From the IMG/VR virus record IMGVR_UViG_3300028603_000022, positions 96,001 to 160,000 of that record: a stretch of 64,000 nucleotides of DNA; one strand, given 5' to 3'. The position numbers were made by a program, and so were the translations under genes. This document shows positions 46,774 through 57,055 of this stretch, one piece after another. The DNA is from a virus (taxonomy: Duplodnaviria; Caudoviricetes). The stretch's first letter is position 1; every line of letters begins with the position of its first letter. The notes beneath the pieces were generated by a model. It was not told the DNA's origin. It did not search any database and saw only the letters and a program-made list of their open reading frames with translations.

Positions 46774-48240
46774 TTCTTTCCTCTTAGTTACTTTACGGTT
46801 CTTTTCTTTCTTTTTTACATGCTTTTGAGCATTTTTACCTGGCTTTGGTTCTGGTAGATCTTCGTCTTCCTCATCCCACGACAAATCATCCTTCCATCTT
46901 TTACCAGAAGACTTACCATCTTTTCTAGATTCTTTGGACTGTTTCCTAAGATTTTGAGCCTCCTCAATAAGGTCTTTAGTGGCGTCTTTAACAGTCATTC
47001 TAGCTAGGTCAAAATGTAACATAAAACTATGGTCTGACGCTTGTCTAGCTTTACGTTGTTCTATTTCAAACAAACCCGTTTGTTTAGCTACTTCATCCAC
47101 CTTCCAAGACCAGAAGAATTTAGCGTGTTCCGCCATTCCCTTAGAATAACGCAACATACCGTCCTCACTTAACTGTGCCGCAGCTATACCAATTGTAGAA
47201 GTAGATTTACACCATATATGAAGGTATCTAACAGTATCCATAAGGTATTGCCATTGGCGTTCTCCAGAGGTTCCTTCCAAGAGACCTAAGTAGTCAATAC
47301 CCAATACATCTAACTCGAATGGCTCAACTGTGGCTGTAACCTGTTCTATGTTGACGCCTTCGTCAAATTCATAATATTCTAATGCGCCACCGGCTTTAGC
47401 TATTTTCTTATCATATCTAGAGAATTTTTCGTATATTTCTTGTCTTTCAGAACGCTTCAATCTGTTTTTAGGATCTAATAACTTAGTCATGTCTAGAGAA
47501 TTTACTCTAGCTAGATGACGTTGGAGCATTTCGTCATTGGACATTTCTAGTGGAACAGTACCGGCTTTTGCTCCGCTCATAGCCATATTAGCCATAATTT
47601 GCGCGAGCAACGCTGACTTGCCGGTTCCAGTTGGTCCAGCTACTAACATAACAGAACCTAAAGGTATCCCTCTGTTAACTGAATCGAAACCTGAAAAGCC
47701 AGTAGGAACATATACAATAGACTCACCTTTAAGGAGTTTTTCTACCGATTTCATCACATTGGAATTTTGACCTATTCTCAAAACTCTAAAATTACCAGAA
47801 GATTTAACCCCTGTCAGAATAGATTGTATTTTCTCAATTTCTTTATCCGCATTAAGTGGTTTATCGTCATCAGATAACATTTCTTCTACAGTCTTACCTA
47901 TTTTGGTAAGCATACGCAGTTTTCTATATTCTTGTAGACGATCTATTGCTGACCTTACCCTCTTTTTAGAGGTAATAGGCTCATAATCACAATCTTCTAG
48001 TACCTCTCTAACAGATTTTTCTATTGCTGGATCGGAACATAATTCATCCCACGACGGAATAATGCTCTTTTCTCTAAGGTAATACTTTATTCTACGATAA
48101 GCTAGACGAGATACATTGTAGGCGAAATGTTCTTCTGACAATTTAGCTAAAAATTCTCTGGCTGCTCTTGATTCAGGCTCAACAGAGATGGTTCTTATAG
48201 CTCTAAGTTCAATTTTTATAGATAATAGTTTCTTTTTCAT
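46762..48240 (-). CDS. dnaB: DnaB-like replicative helicase
   Basis: GPTGTGKS, PLEMS, IDYLGLL, AAQL, KARQ. Confidence 0.9.
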   Translation of the reverse strand: MKKKLLSIKIELRAIRTISVEPESRAAREFLAKLSEEHFAYNVSRLAYRRIKYYLREKSIIPSWDELCSDPAIEKSVREVLEDCDYEPITSKKRVRSAIDRLQEYRKLRMLTKIGKTVEEMLSDDDKPLNADKEIEKIQSILTGVKSSGNFRVLRIGQNSNVMKSVEKLLKGESIVYVPTGFSGFDSVNRGIPLGSVMLVAGPTGTGKSALLAQIMANMAMSGAKAGTVPLEMSNDEMLQRHLARVNSLDMTKLLDPKNRLKRSERQEIYEKFSRYDKKIAKAGGALEYYEFDEGVNIEQVTATVEPFELDVLGIDYLGLLEGTSGERQWQYLMDTVRYLHIWCKSTSTIGIAAAQLSEDGMLRYSKGMAEHAKFFWSWKVDEVAKQTGLFEIEQRKARQASDHSFMLHFDLARMTVKDATKDLIEEAQNLRKQSKESRKDGKSSGKRWKDDLSWDEEDEDLPEPKPGKNAQKHVKKKEKNRKVTKRKEIEL

Positions 48241-48251
48241 TATTGTATCTT

Positions 48252-48779
48252 CTATTTACACATAATAGCAAAATCAGGTCTCATACCTATCTGTAACCCC
48301 ATTTCAATAGGATCAGTGTTTTTGCCTATTATTACTAAACTAAGATTTTCTCTATTACAATGATACTGAATAGTTTCATAGATACGATCCCTTTTATACG
48401 AAGAAGTATCATGGAATAAAGCGTCTATTACAACCAAACTTAACTCGTTAAATCTCATCTTATCTAATTTATCAAATGTGGATAACCATCGTACCTTTAA
48501 ATCTCTTTCAAAGTAAGCTTGCATTATATTAGCTGCTATATGTTTAGGTTTATCTAAGAATTGATCTGAGCATACATAAAGTAACCAACCGGGGGAATCT
48601 TTACAACAGGCGTTAAGGAATTTCTGTTGTTTAGTAGGGTTTATTACCTTTTCTTCCCCTATTTGGAATGTCTTTACAGATTTTTGAAAATTGAATGAAT
48701 AGCCGTTCTGTAATCTATAAGGTAAACCAAAAGCGTGTAACAGAGGATGATACCTTATTTCAATTTGTTTATTTGTCAT
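48252..48779 (-). CDS. Degenerate DnaC-like/helicase-loader-like protein
   Basis: Upstream of dnaB; LVVIDAL Walker-B-like. Confidence 0.4.
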   Translation of the reverse strand: MTNKQIEIRYHPLLHAFGLPYRLQNGYSFNFQKSVKTFQIGEEKVINPTKQQKFLNACCKDSPGWLLYVCSDQFLDKPKHIAANIMQAYFERDLKVRWLSTFDKLDKMRFNELSLVVIDALFHDTSSYKRDRIYETIQYHCNRENLSLVIIGKNTDPIEMGLQIGMRPDFAIMCK

Positions 48780-48804
48780 ACAGAAACAGCCCCACGAAAA
48801 CGAC

Positions 48805-48838
48805 AAAAGAGAGGTATACGCTAATATACCTCTCTTTT
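48805..48838 (-). terminator. Terminator
   Basis: AAAAGAGAGGTATA...TATACCTCTCTTTT. Confidence 0.65.
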
Positions 48839-48855
48839 TATAGATTTAACAATAA

Positions 48856-49086
48856 TTACTTTAGCGGTAGTTCATAGATAGAAGTGTTAGAAGGAATAAC
48901 GAGAACCCCACCATTATCTACAGCGTTCTTAACTGTGTTAGCTAGTGATTCCTTATCCACTACATCACTTGTTACCACAAGAATCTTGTTCTTGAACTTA
49001 GTGGCTACATGAAAAGAAGATACAAAACCTTTAGATGGGGTTGAGACCTTCTTTTCCTTTTTTGTGGCTGTCTTTGTCTTAATCAT
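48856..49086 (-). CDS. Small basic protein
   Basis: SD AAAGGT; preceded by ACCGTAAAT motif. Confidence 0.6.
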   Translation of the reverse strand: MIKTKTATKKEKKVSTPSKGFVSSFHVATKFKNKILVVTSDVVDKESLANTVKNAVDNGGVLVIPSNTSIYELPLK

Positions 49087-49142
49087 GCTTGTTTACCTTT
49101 CGTAAGATTCATTATTGTACTACCCTATATATTTACGGTGGA

Positions 49143-49862
49143 TCAACTTATCTCCGCTAGAAGTTTACGTAGAAAAACACTCGCAAATTCTTCAAAAGAG
49201 TTAGCTACCATAGAAAAAGACCTAGACCCACCTATTACATACTCTTTATAATACGCATCCAAATCATTAAATCCTGAATCTACCATAATGGGTAAACCAT
49301 TAATGGTTACGCCTTTGTCAATTAAATAATTTCTAGCTTCTATTAAAGAAGTTAACGCTGTACCATTTTCAGAAGAGCTATTCTTCCCATCACCGGATAC
49401 ATCCAAGACTTTTCGTATACCGGGGTACGGGTTCATGGTAAACAACGTATCAGCCTTATACATAGCACTGGATATGGAGGTTCCACCTATCATACCATGT
49501 CTAGATATATTCGAAACATCAGCTATAAAATGTAGCGAATCGTCAATCGTATGGATTCTATGCCATTTAGTATAAACTTGGGCATTGATATCTGACCATT
49601 CCATGTATAATACGGATATACCATATTTATTGTTTCTTAAATAGTTAATAAATTCAGGACTGCGAAACGCTAAAATAACTCCATCTTTTTGTAATTCATA
49701 TTCTTCGTTTGTTATAGAACCCGAAACATCGACAGCTATTATCAATTCTACTTCTACAAGATTTGAAAGTCTACTTTTTGTAGCTGAGCTATTACCTGAA
49801 CACATAGATAGTATAAGCAGTATAATAAAAAATATAAATGTAATCTTAAAGGCTTCTCGCAT
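49143..49862 (-). CDS. DUF1194 (vWA-like) exported protein
   Basis: LIIAVDVSGS, YMEWS, TSISSA, LDVSGDG, TINGLPI, VIGG. Confidence 0.85.
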   Translation of the reverse strand: MREAFKITFIFFIILLILSMCSGNSSATKSRLSNLVEVELIIAVDVSGSITNEEYELQKDGVILAFRSPEFINYLRNNKYGISVLYMEWSDINAQVYTKWHRIHTIDDSLHFIADVSNISRHGMIGGTSISSAMYKADTLFTMNPYPGIRKVLDVSGDGKNSSSENGTALTSLIEARNYLIDKGVTINGLPIMVDSGFNDLDAYYKEYVIGGSRSFSMVANSFEEFASVFLRKLLAEIS

Positions 49863-49909
49863 ATCACTGTCCTTAAATATTCACGTATAGGACAGAATTA
49901 AGAGTTATT

Positions 49910-51544
49910 TCAAACCCAATTAAAATTCTTTTGATTGCTAATAGAAGCCTTCTTAGTATTCATATCTTTAAGAGTATCAAAAAACTCCTGATCCAATATG
50001 TACTTACCTTGTCTTGTTTTAGGGTTATATTTATTAGGTGCTAGCTCCTGCCAGCCCAAGCCGCGTACGGCCCCCTGCATCATACCTACATTATGCTGCC
50101 AAATTCTGACTATTGGCTGCGGTTTCTTGAAAGGTGTGCAAACGCGGTTACTTAATTGTTCAAATAATGGCGCACCTATTTTTCTATCAGTGGAAGCGGA
50201 CATAGGTATATAAGCATACAGCATAGAAGGGCGTAGGAAATCAAAACCCTCTTTAATCATAGATCTCATAGCTACAAGTATAGTTGGTCCAGATTTATCT
50301 ACTTTTTGTAGAACTTTTTCTCTGTTAACACCATCATAAAATTTAATGGCTAGATTTTTAGGCCAATTTTCATTCTTATTTTCATTATTATAGGCAGCCT
50401 GCTTGTTCAACATTCTAACAAGACTGTCTATATGCTTCTTTCTATCTAGAGGAATGATAATGACTTCATGACCAGCTCTAAGATCAATGAATGCTTGTTT
50501 AATTACCTCTTTTTGTAAATCAAGATTGGAACTAATCCAATTCATCGCGTGATGATATATTTTATATTGTCTAGGTGGTACAACCTTTGACTTGAACCAT
50601 TCTATTTTAGGCAATAAGGACGCGAAGGCAGAGGATACCGCTACCGGACCCATAACTCGGTATACTAGAGTATGTCTGTTATCTTTTCTTCTAGGAGTGG
50701 CTGTAAGTCCTAGTCTATACTTAACTGAGCAAGCTGAAATAACTTTAAGATATCCGTCGGCGGCTGAACCATGAACTTCATCAACTACTAAATGACCATA
50801 CTTGCCATTGACTATTTCAGCCATTTTCTTTGGTTTTCTGACTACCTTCTGGTAGTTTATAAGTAAGATGTCAACATCTTTCAGGTTAGTAAGGTCTTTA
50901 GGGGATTTAGCTATTCTGATTATTTCTTTACCAGTCTTTTCCTGTAGTTCAGGAATATTAGACATAGCGGGGCGCTTCTTGGTCCCCATAAAGGTGTTAT
51001 AAAATTGCTGAATAAGTTCTTTTCTATTAGCTAGAATAACAGTTCGTTGACCTATTTTAATAGAGGTATAGCAAGCTAAGACTGTTTTTCCGCTTCTGGG
51101 CCTACCTCTGATAATACCATTCTTGACTTTGAGGTATTTCTTTATAAGTTTCTTTTGATTAACTCTAGGTATACCGTTTTCGTCTACGTGCCCTTCTCCA
51201 AATAGCTTTCCAGTAAATTTAATCGGGAATTTGAATGGTATATCAGGCCGTTTGTCAATTACTTTAAAATCTATATTTTTCTTTTCTAGAACCTTCTTTA
51301 ACGCAGGAAAATCCCCTTGTGGAAGGCTCCAATACTTACCCGCATCTTTATACAAGCGGTAGGCGGCGTAAAAGGCTGGACAGCTTTTACAGAGTTCATT
51401 TTGAGGACTTCTGAACTCTAAATTTTCGCATTTCAAGCAGTCTTTTTCTTCGTATAAAGCCAATTCGTATCTAGACTTTATAGCTTTACTAGGGATAAGA
51501 GATTTATCCACTAGCATTCTTTCTTTAAGTACGATTTTTGACAT
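49910..51544 (-). CDS. Superfamily II (UvsW-like) helicase
   Basis: PRSGKT, VVDEVH, GLTATPRRKD, EGFD. Confidence 0.85.
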   Translation of the reverse strand: MSKIVLKERMLVDKSLIPSKAIKSRYELALYEEKDCLKCENLEFRSPQNELCKSCPAFYAAYRLYKDAGKYWSLPQGDFPALKKVLEKKNIDFKVIDKRPDIPFKFPIKFTGKLFGEGHVDENGIPRVNQKKLIKKYLKVKNGIIRGRPRSGKTVLACYTSIKIGQRTVILANRKELIQQFYNTFMGTKKRPAMSNIPELQEKTGKEIIRIAKSPKDLTNLKDVDILLINYQKVVRKPKKMAEIVNGKYGHLVVDEVHGSAADGYLKVISACSVKYRLGLTATPRRKDNRHTLVYRVMGPVAVSSAFASLLPKIEWFKSKVVPPRQYKIYHHAMNWISSNLDLQKEVIKQAFIDLRAGHEVIIIPLDRKKHIDSLVRMLNKQAAYNNENKNENWPKNLAIKFYDGVNREKVLQKVDKSGPTILVAMRSMIKEGFDFLRPSMLYAYIPMSASTDRKIGAPLFEQLSNRVCTPFKKPQPIVRIWQHNVGMMQGAVRGLGWQELAPNKYNPKTRQGKYILDQEFFDTLKDMNTKKASISNQKNFNWV

Positions 51545-51545
51545 A

Positions 51546-51797
51546 TCAGATTGTTTTGTTGGAAGTAATTTGGTTTTTCAATTCTTCAATTTCTTGTTCT
51601 AGGCTTTTTATTTTAGCTAAATGTATAGGTCTATCATACATGGCTTGCATAGATAAAAGATCGCCACCAAATTGAGCGTGAGCAGCTAATACATCAGGAT
51701 GTATAACCGTTTGTTTTGGTACTTCAAGGAAAGAAGATGTATACTCGGACCCGTCTACAGACCCATATTCAGATATAGTCGTAACACTATTAACCAT
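51546..51797 (-). CDS. Hypothetical protein
   Basis: 83 aa; coiled-coil tail. Confidence 0.5.
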   Translation of the reverse strand: MVNSVTTISEYGSVDGSEYTSSFLEVPKQTVIHPDVLAAHAQFGGDLLSMQAMYDRPIHLAKIKSLEQEIEELKNQITSNKTI

Positions 51798-51924
51798 TAG
51801 AAAATACCTTATTGTATTCAGAGTTTACCATACTACGAATTTCTTCTTCTGGAAGAAGAACCATAAGCTCTTATTGAATACGCTGAGTAACACGTAGGTT
51901 AAGATCATCATTTGGCTTAGTCAT
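51790..51924 (-). pseudogene. Short gene with in-frame TAA
   Basis: MTKPNDDLNLRVTQRIQ*ELMVLLPEEEIRSMVNSEYNKVFSNG; SD AAGGA. Confidence 0.4.
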
Positions 51925-51925
51925 G

Positions 51926-52435
51926 TTATCTATCCTTTGATTTCATCTCTAGTGCGTCATTAATGCGTTTCAGCATGAAGCCGGCCGAATCCGCGTCCTC
52001 AATCACTTCATCAGCTATCTTGGTGACTAACTTTAGACGTTCTTCTTGTTTAATAAGCGGGGCTAAAAGTAGTTCTACATAACCTTTACGTTCGGTCATG
52101 TTTCCTACAGATTGTAATTTACTGCTGTACTTAGAACTGATGTATTTTTTCAGGTATTCAATAGACTCTCTTAATACTAACTGCTGTTTTAACGCGGAGA
52201 TTTTTATTTCAACACATCTAGATCTAATCGCTTGGTTGTCAATATTAGAGTCTATCGTTATTTTCAAACTAGATTGAAGTAATGAATTGGAATTTAATGC
52301 ACGAATAGCTTTCCTAGAATGTAGGCTTTCTAGTTCAGTTAACCATACCTCGTCTTTGGATTTCAAAGAAGATAGCTTTTTAGTGTGTTTTAAATACACT
52401 TTATCTTCTTTTAGAAGATCTCTAATGGAAGCCAT
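51926..52435 (-). CDS. Helical hypothetical protein
   Basis: Between primase and SF2 helicase. Confidence 0.6.
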   Translation of the reverse strand: MASIRDLLKEDKVYLKHTKKLSSLKSKDEVWLTELESLHSRKAIRALNSNSLLQSSLKITIDSNIDNQAIRSRCVEIKISALKQQLVLRESIEYLKKYISSKYSSKLQSVGNMTERKGYVELLLAPLIKQEERLKLVTKIADEVIEDADSAGFMLKRINDALEMKSKDR

Positions 52436-52437
52436 CT

Positions 52438-53361
52438 TTATTTCTTCCTTATTCCAAGCTTAACGCACATATTCTGATAAGATTTAACCGTGAAATTGCC
52501 TGGGTCGCGACCCGTAGGAAACTTAGCATGAATAATAGGGAAATTGGATAGTTTCTTCTCTAAAGTTTCTCTAGCTTTGTTCCCAGCTTCGTCAGGATCA
52601 GTAGCAATAACTATTATAGGTGGGTCTAGGGCTTCTATAAGACGAATTTTTCTATCTGATATGTACGCTCCACATAAACCCACAGCCCTACCACCGACTT
52701 GTCTCGTTTTCATAACATCGCGCGGTCCTTCTACTATCCATAAGGGTCCGCGCTGTTTCTTAGCTATGTTATATCCAAATAGAGCTTGTTTCATCCAAGC
52801 TCCACTAGTATTCACATAGGAAGACAAACCTTGTTCTTTTGTTTGTTTAGATACTACTTTACGAGCGTATATTCCACCTACGTAATCATTGTTTATAATA
52901 ACAGGAAAATATAAAAAATCGTCTTCAAACCAATGATGTTCAGGCTGCGAACCTTCGTACATTCTTATTATTCTAGGCTCAATCTTACGCCATATTTTAT
53001 TTTTAGGCCAATAAGCTAGATTAGTGTAGTCCTCTTTCTTTACCTTTTGATTTTCTTTTTTAGTCGTGTCTGAAATAGAGAAGTTAAACACGTCGTTGAT
53101 TTGGTCAGCGGCGTTAAACCCTTTTAGACCAGTAGCTGCAGCAAATTTGTTCCAACTACCATTAGCTTTGCAAGCTAAACAATTAAACACGCCTACAGGT
53201 ATTCTAGGCTTAGATAAGTTAATACCGCAAGAAGGGGTTCTTTCATTGCCACCCGCATGCATAGGACATTTCACCATGATATGATCCCCTTTGTTTTTAG
53301 GATCAAATCGTGATGACATAGAGTTTATTTGAGTTAGTACGTGCGAGGCTTTATCAATCAT
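52438..53361 (-). CDS. DNA primase (zinc finger + TOPRIM)
   Basis: CPMH..ERTPSC..FNCLAC; IVEGPRD; ATDPDEAG; DPG. Confidence 0.9.
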   Translation of the reverse strand: MIDKASHVLTQINSMSSRFDPKNKGDHIMVKCPMHAGGNERTPSCGINLSKPRIPVGVFNCLACKANGSWNKFAAATGLKGFNAADQINDVFNFSISDTTKKENQKVKKEDYTNLAYWPKNKIWRKIEPRIIRMYEGSQPEHHWFEDDFLYFPVIINNDYVGGIYARKVVSKQTKEQGLSSYVNTSGAWMKQALFGYNIAKKQRGPLWIVEGPRDVMKTRQVGGRAVGLCGAYISDRKIRLIEALDPPIIVIATDPDEAGNKARETLEKKLSNFPIIHAKFPTGRDPGNFTVKSYQNMCVKLGIRKK

Positions 53362-53939
53362 TTGGGGTTTCTACGTCCTAATACCCCTACTTTACTACCA
53401 ACTACATTCCCATACATAGGATCGGAATCTTTTTCTAGCTTGTCTGCCACCTTATTTGTTATCTCTTGAAGGTCTTTTTCTATACCTTCTGACCCTTTTA
53501 TATACCCTACAGGGCCTTTAGATCTAGCATTTGTAAGACGTTTTCCTGTTAACAGTGTTAACACTATTTCTTTTCTGGTTTCTTCATCAGTAATAAAAGA
53601 AAAGGCTTCATTATAACCGTGCGCTAATAATGCTAATGTAAATCCTACGTCTAGAGAATCCTTAGTTTTATCTGTATCCACTAAGATAGCTTCTTCCATA
53701 GCTTCTTTAATAGAAGACTCTACATTGGATAAGGCTGTACCCATAGCTAGACGTGATACCACCAAATCTAGTATAGCTTGTTTATGTATTTTGTATTTGT
53801 TTACAAAGACTTTTTGGATTATATCTACTGGAATATCATCAAACGTATCGGAATCAAACACTTGATCCGTTTTATCTGCTACTACAGTATTAATATCAAG
53901 TCTTTTTAGCTCCGATCGTCGTATTACTTTCTTTTTCAT
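53358..53939 (-). CDS. Hypothetical protein
   Basis: 193 aa coupled ORF. Confidence 0.6.
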   Translation of the reverse strand: MKKKVIRRSELKRLDINTVVADKTDQVFDSDTFDDIPVDIIQKVFVNKYKIHKQAILDLVVSRLAMGTALSNVESSIKEAMEEAILVDTDKTKDSLDVGFTLALLAHGYNEAFSFITDEETRKEIVLTLLTGKRLTNARSKGPVGYIKGSEGIEKDLQEITNKVADKLEKDSDPMYGNVVGSKVGVLGRRNPK

Positions 53940-54889
53940 AGCGATAAACCTTCTTTCGAGCGTTTATAATCTATGAAAGAAAGTACAGCATCTTCATTTA
54001 GATTAAAGCCATTAGGACAATGTAGGACTTCGTTGAAATCCTGAATCACATTTTGGTGGCCGTAACCATTATCTTCTGATAACCTTCTTCTGGATTCATC
54101 ATTGTAGTATTCACGAATACAATGTGTATACCCATGCATAGACCTATTCGCATAATTAACCGCATGGTCTATTGAGTAAAAAGGTCTAACCCAATAGTAG
54201 GATTGAATGGCTCTTTGAACTAAGTCTTGTTTTATATCTCTAGGCTCAAATCTGTTACTGTCCGCGATGAATCTTAGTTTCCTGTAAGAAAACTTATTGG
54301 CCGTTTTCTCAAACATGGATATAATTTTTGGGTTATCTGCCTCTTTAGCTAAAGTATCTACGTCTAGAGTAAATTTAAGGTCTTCTATTGTGTTTATTTG
54401 ATCTATGAACGCATCTATATCATAATTATGGTACAGCATATGATATAGGATAGCGTCATCAGCGGTTAACCCGCATTCTTTAAAATGTTGCTCAATTTCA
54501 AAAGAGTTATCGGGGGTTAATTTCTGGATAACACATCGTAGCGTAGCTATTTTATACTTTAGAATAGAATCGGACATAAAAACCCGATCCTTAGTTTTAG
54601 TAACCACATCTTTATGAACCGTAGTTAATCTGCGGATAGTTTTTGTATTTACTATTCTAAGAGTATACAGATACGCTAAATATATAAGTGAGAAGGCTTC
54701 CGTACTGGATATATCATTATTAGAGAATGGGATAGCTCTAGTCAAAGATATGTTAAATAGATCAAGATTGTATACGTGTCTTTCTCTACGTCTTCCTACT
54801 AGGGCTATAAGTCCTTCGTCTGAAATACGGAAAGCCACTCTACGTAGATTTCTAGTGCTTTTTTCAGTTAAAGCTACCATCTTTTTCAT
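53936..54889 (-). CDS. Hypothetical protein, possibly a divergent sigma-like factor
   Basis: FEPRDIKQDLVQRAIQSY weakly resembles sigma region 2. Confidence 0.35.
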   Translation of the reverse strand: MKKMVALTEKSTRNLRRVAFRISDEGLIALVGRRRERHVYNLDLFNISLTRAIPFSNNDISSTEAFSLIYLAYLYTLRIVNTKTIRRLTTVHKDVVTKTKDRVFMSDSILKYKIATLRCVIQKLTPDNSFEIEQHFKECGLTADDAILYHMLYHNYDIDAFIDQINTIEDLKFTLDVDTLAKEADNPKIISMFEKTANKFSYRKLRFIADSNRFEPRDIKQDLVQRAIQSYYWVRPFYSIDHAVNYANRSMHGYTHCIREYYNDESRRRLSEDNGYGHQNVIQDFNEVLHCPNGFNLNEDAVLSFIDYKRSKEGLSL

Positions 54890-54905
54890 AATAACAGCCC
54901 CTTCG

Positions 54906-55358
54906 TCAACGTGTAGTTATTTTATCTTGTATAAGGTATTTTATCATTTTAGGTAGAGAAGTAAACCCCAAATCTCTTTTAAGAACATGCGCCATACGAA
55001 GTTCTTCTTCGGAGAAAGAGATTTGTACCATATTACGGCTTTCATCAGCCTTACTTTGTCCTGTCTGTACAAATCTAATTTTAGATTGTAAGATATAGAT
55101 GGCTAAAGTATTAGCTCGATTAAAGTATGTAGCTTTAGGGAAATTAATACGGTTTACGTGCTTTCCTTCTTCCTTATTTTTAAATCGGTATTCCCCTTCT
55201 CTATGCACTAATCTATGACAAGTAGGACATAAAGGAACAGTTCTACCGTCTTTAGGTCCATTGTATTGCACAGGAATTATATGATGCTGATCCGATACAT
55301 TTTTTGTATCACAGCAGTAACACTCATTCTTTGTTACTACATTGGGATCAGCTACCAT
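54906..55358 (-). CDS. HNH domain protein with C-terminal RHH-like segment
   Basis: CYCC...HHIIP...LCPTCHRLVH. Confidence 0.75.
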   Translation of the reverse strand: MVADPNVVTKNECYCCDTKNVSDQHHIIPVQYNGPKDGRTVPLCPTCHRLVHREGEYRFKNKEEGKHVNRINFPKATYFNRANTLAIYILQSKIRFVQTGQSKADESRNMVQISFSEEELRMAHVLKRDLGFTSLPKMIKYLIQDKITTR

Positions 55359-56641
55359 GGTAGATACCTCAATGGTTTAGTATCTCTAGCTATGTATAAA
55401 GGGTGGCTTGGATACCCCTTCTTTGTCATTTTCAAGCATTTCAAATTACCGTACTTAGCACCTAATTTATTTATTTTGTTTGCTTCATGAATACCTGTAG
55501 GTAATTTTTCAATGTTATTACCGTAAGCCAGAAGAATGTCGGGTTTAATACGCCATCTATGAACTACCTGATTAAGGGTTTTCTTTATAGCGTAATAGTT
55601 GTATTTTCCAAAAGGATCGTTATGCTTTAACATGTCTTTGGGTTCCGTAGCTCTTAAAGCCGCGAAATTGATGACTACGAACCCTCCACATGATCTATGT
55701 TTAGCTAGATTCTCTATTATTTGAACAGTAGGATCATTTTTGAACGCATCCGCTGTGGATGGATTCAGCATTATAGCTATCAAAGGTTTGTTTGTAGACC
55801 ATTGCCTAGATAGATAGTATCTATACTGATCGTCTTCGCTGAATACCGCGCAACTGTCTATATCAAATTGACTATGCGTAGATAGTTTAAGATCATCTAT
55901 GATAAGACTGTTACCTATATCTGTCAGCGATAACAAGCCATCATTTTTACTAGATACAGTAGTCAAAGATTTAAGATAGGCTGAACTATTGGGTTTCAGT
56001 GTATCAGGTTTATTTATAGGCTTACCAAAGTGTTTACGTAGGAAATCCCTATAAACCGGGTTAAAAGCCCATACGGGCGGTAAACTTTGGTGCCAATCTA
56101 CGTCTCTAGCGTCGAGATATAACCATTTATGAAGCAAAGCTAGCTTATACCTAGTGTTGGTGTTTACATCGGGGTGTAATACACAATCACCTTCATATTT
56201 TTTATTATATTGAGATTTGAACTGGTTATAGTTAAAAAATTCTTCAAATTCTATTTTAGTAATGTCACTATGAGGATAATTTGTTTTCGGAAGATATGAT
56301 AGAGCCTCTACCATTACATCGTTTAATTGATTGTACGGCTTACAATTATCTTCTTTTCGATATCTAAGATAATATTGCTCATTTAATTCTTGAGCATTTA
56401 TTAAAGCCCATTCAAAATGAAGTCTGTCCTTCATAACCCAATCTACTACAGGATGTTTATACGTAGAAGCGTGGGCTTTATAGAGTTTTGATTCAAACTT
56501 CTTCAAAGGCTTTAAGTCAAGTCTACGTATAGCGGAAGACATTATCTCATAGGATTCAAAGCATAGCCTAGCTAACCTCTTTGAATCTATAGATTTAGCC
56601 GATTTTTTAGGACATTTATGAGGAGCAAATATGTTAGGCAT
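55352..56641 (-). CDS. Pyrimidine-dimer-glycosylase-like domain fused to DUF1643
   Basis: N: NIF..P..SA..ID.KR...ES..IMS..YKAH...HP...W; C: YRYYLSRQW...MLNPSTADAFKNDPT...HPLY. Confidence 0.7.
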   Translation of the reverse strand: MPNIFAPHKCPKKSAKSIDSKRLARLCFESYEIMSSAIRRLDLKPLKKFESKLYKAHASTYKHPVVDWVMKDRLHFEWALINAQELNEQYYLRYRKEDNCKPYNQLNDVMVEALSYLPKTNYPHSDITKIEFEEFFNYNQFKSQYNKKYEGDCVLHPDVNTNTRYKLALLHKWLYLDARDVDWHQSLPPVWAFNPVYRDFLRKHFGKPINKPDTLKPNSSAYLKSLTTVSSKNDGLLSLTDIGNSLIIDDLKLSTHSQFDIDSCAVFSEDDQYRYYLSRQWSTNKPLIAIMLNPSTADAFKNDPTVQIIENLAKHRSCGGFVVINFAALRATEPKDMLKHNDPFGKYNYYAIKKTLNQVVHRWRIKPDILLAYGNNIEKLPTGIHEANKINKLGAKYGNLKCLKMTKKGYPSHPLYIARDTKPLRYLPW

Positions 56642-56653
56642 TACTGCTTCCGT

Positions 56654-56959
56654 TCAAGATTTCTTACCGCCTATATGCTCAGTACCATCAAAAGGCACAT
56701 GTAACATATATCCTTGTTTATGCGGAGATTGTACGTTGAACTGTTTAGCGTCTTTGGGGAGTGTCTTTTTACCAGAAACGTGGAGGACTTTATCCGAAGT
56801 AGGAATCGGGTTATCTGGTATAGACAGATCAGGGAAGAAAGGACGGGAAGAAACCCCGTGTTTAGCTAAATAAGATAAGTACCCTGTTCTCTTTAAGGTC
56901 TTATCTAATTCCTTTTTAGCTTTAGCAATACGTTGCTGTCTAGATAATTTATTTGTCAA
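56654..56959 (-). CDS. Small basic protein
   Basis: TTG start after GGGAGG; HKQGY motif. Confidence 0.6.
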   Translation of the reverse strand: MTNKLSRQQRIAKAKKELDKTLKRTGYLSYLAKHGVSSRPFFPDLSIPDNPIPTSDKVLHVSGKKTLPKDAKQFNVQSPHKQGYMLHVPFDGTEHIGGKKS

Positions 56960-56992
56960 ATTACCCTCCCGCAGTAATTGTCCCTTACCTAC

Positions 56993-57021
56993 ATAATACC
57001 ATATTCCTTCTTGATAGTCAA
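56993..57021 (-). promoter_or_regulatory. sigma70 promoter for the replication operon
   Basis: TTGACT-17 bp-TATTAT with extended TG. Confidence 0.75.
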
Positions 57022-57055
57022 GACCCTGATTTTACTACATAATTTGTAGCTTAAC

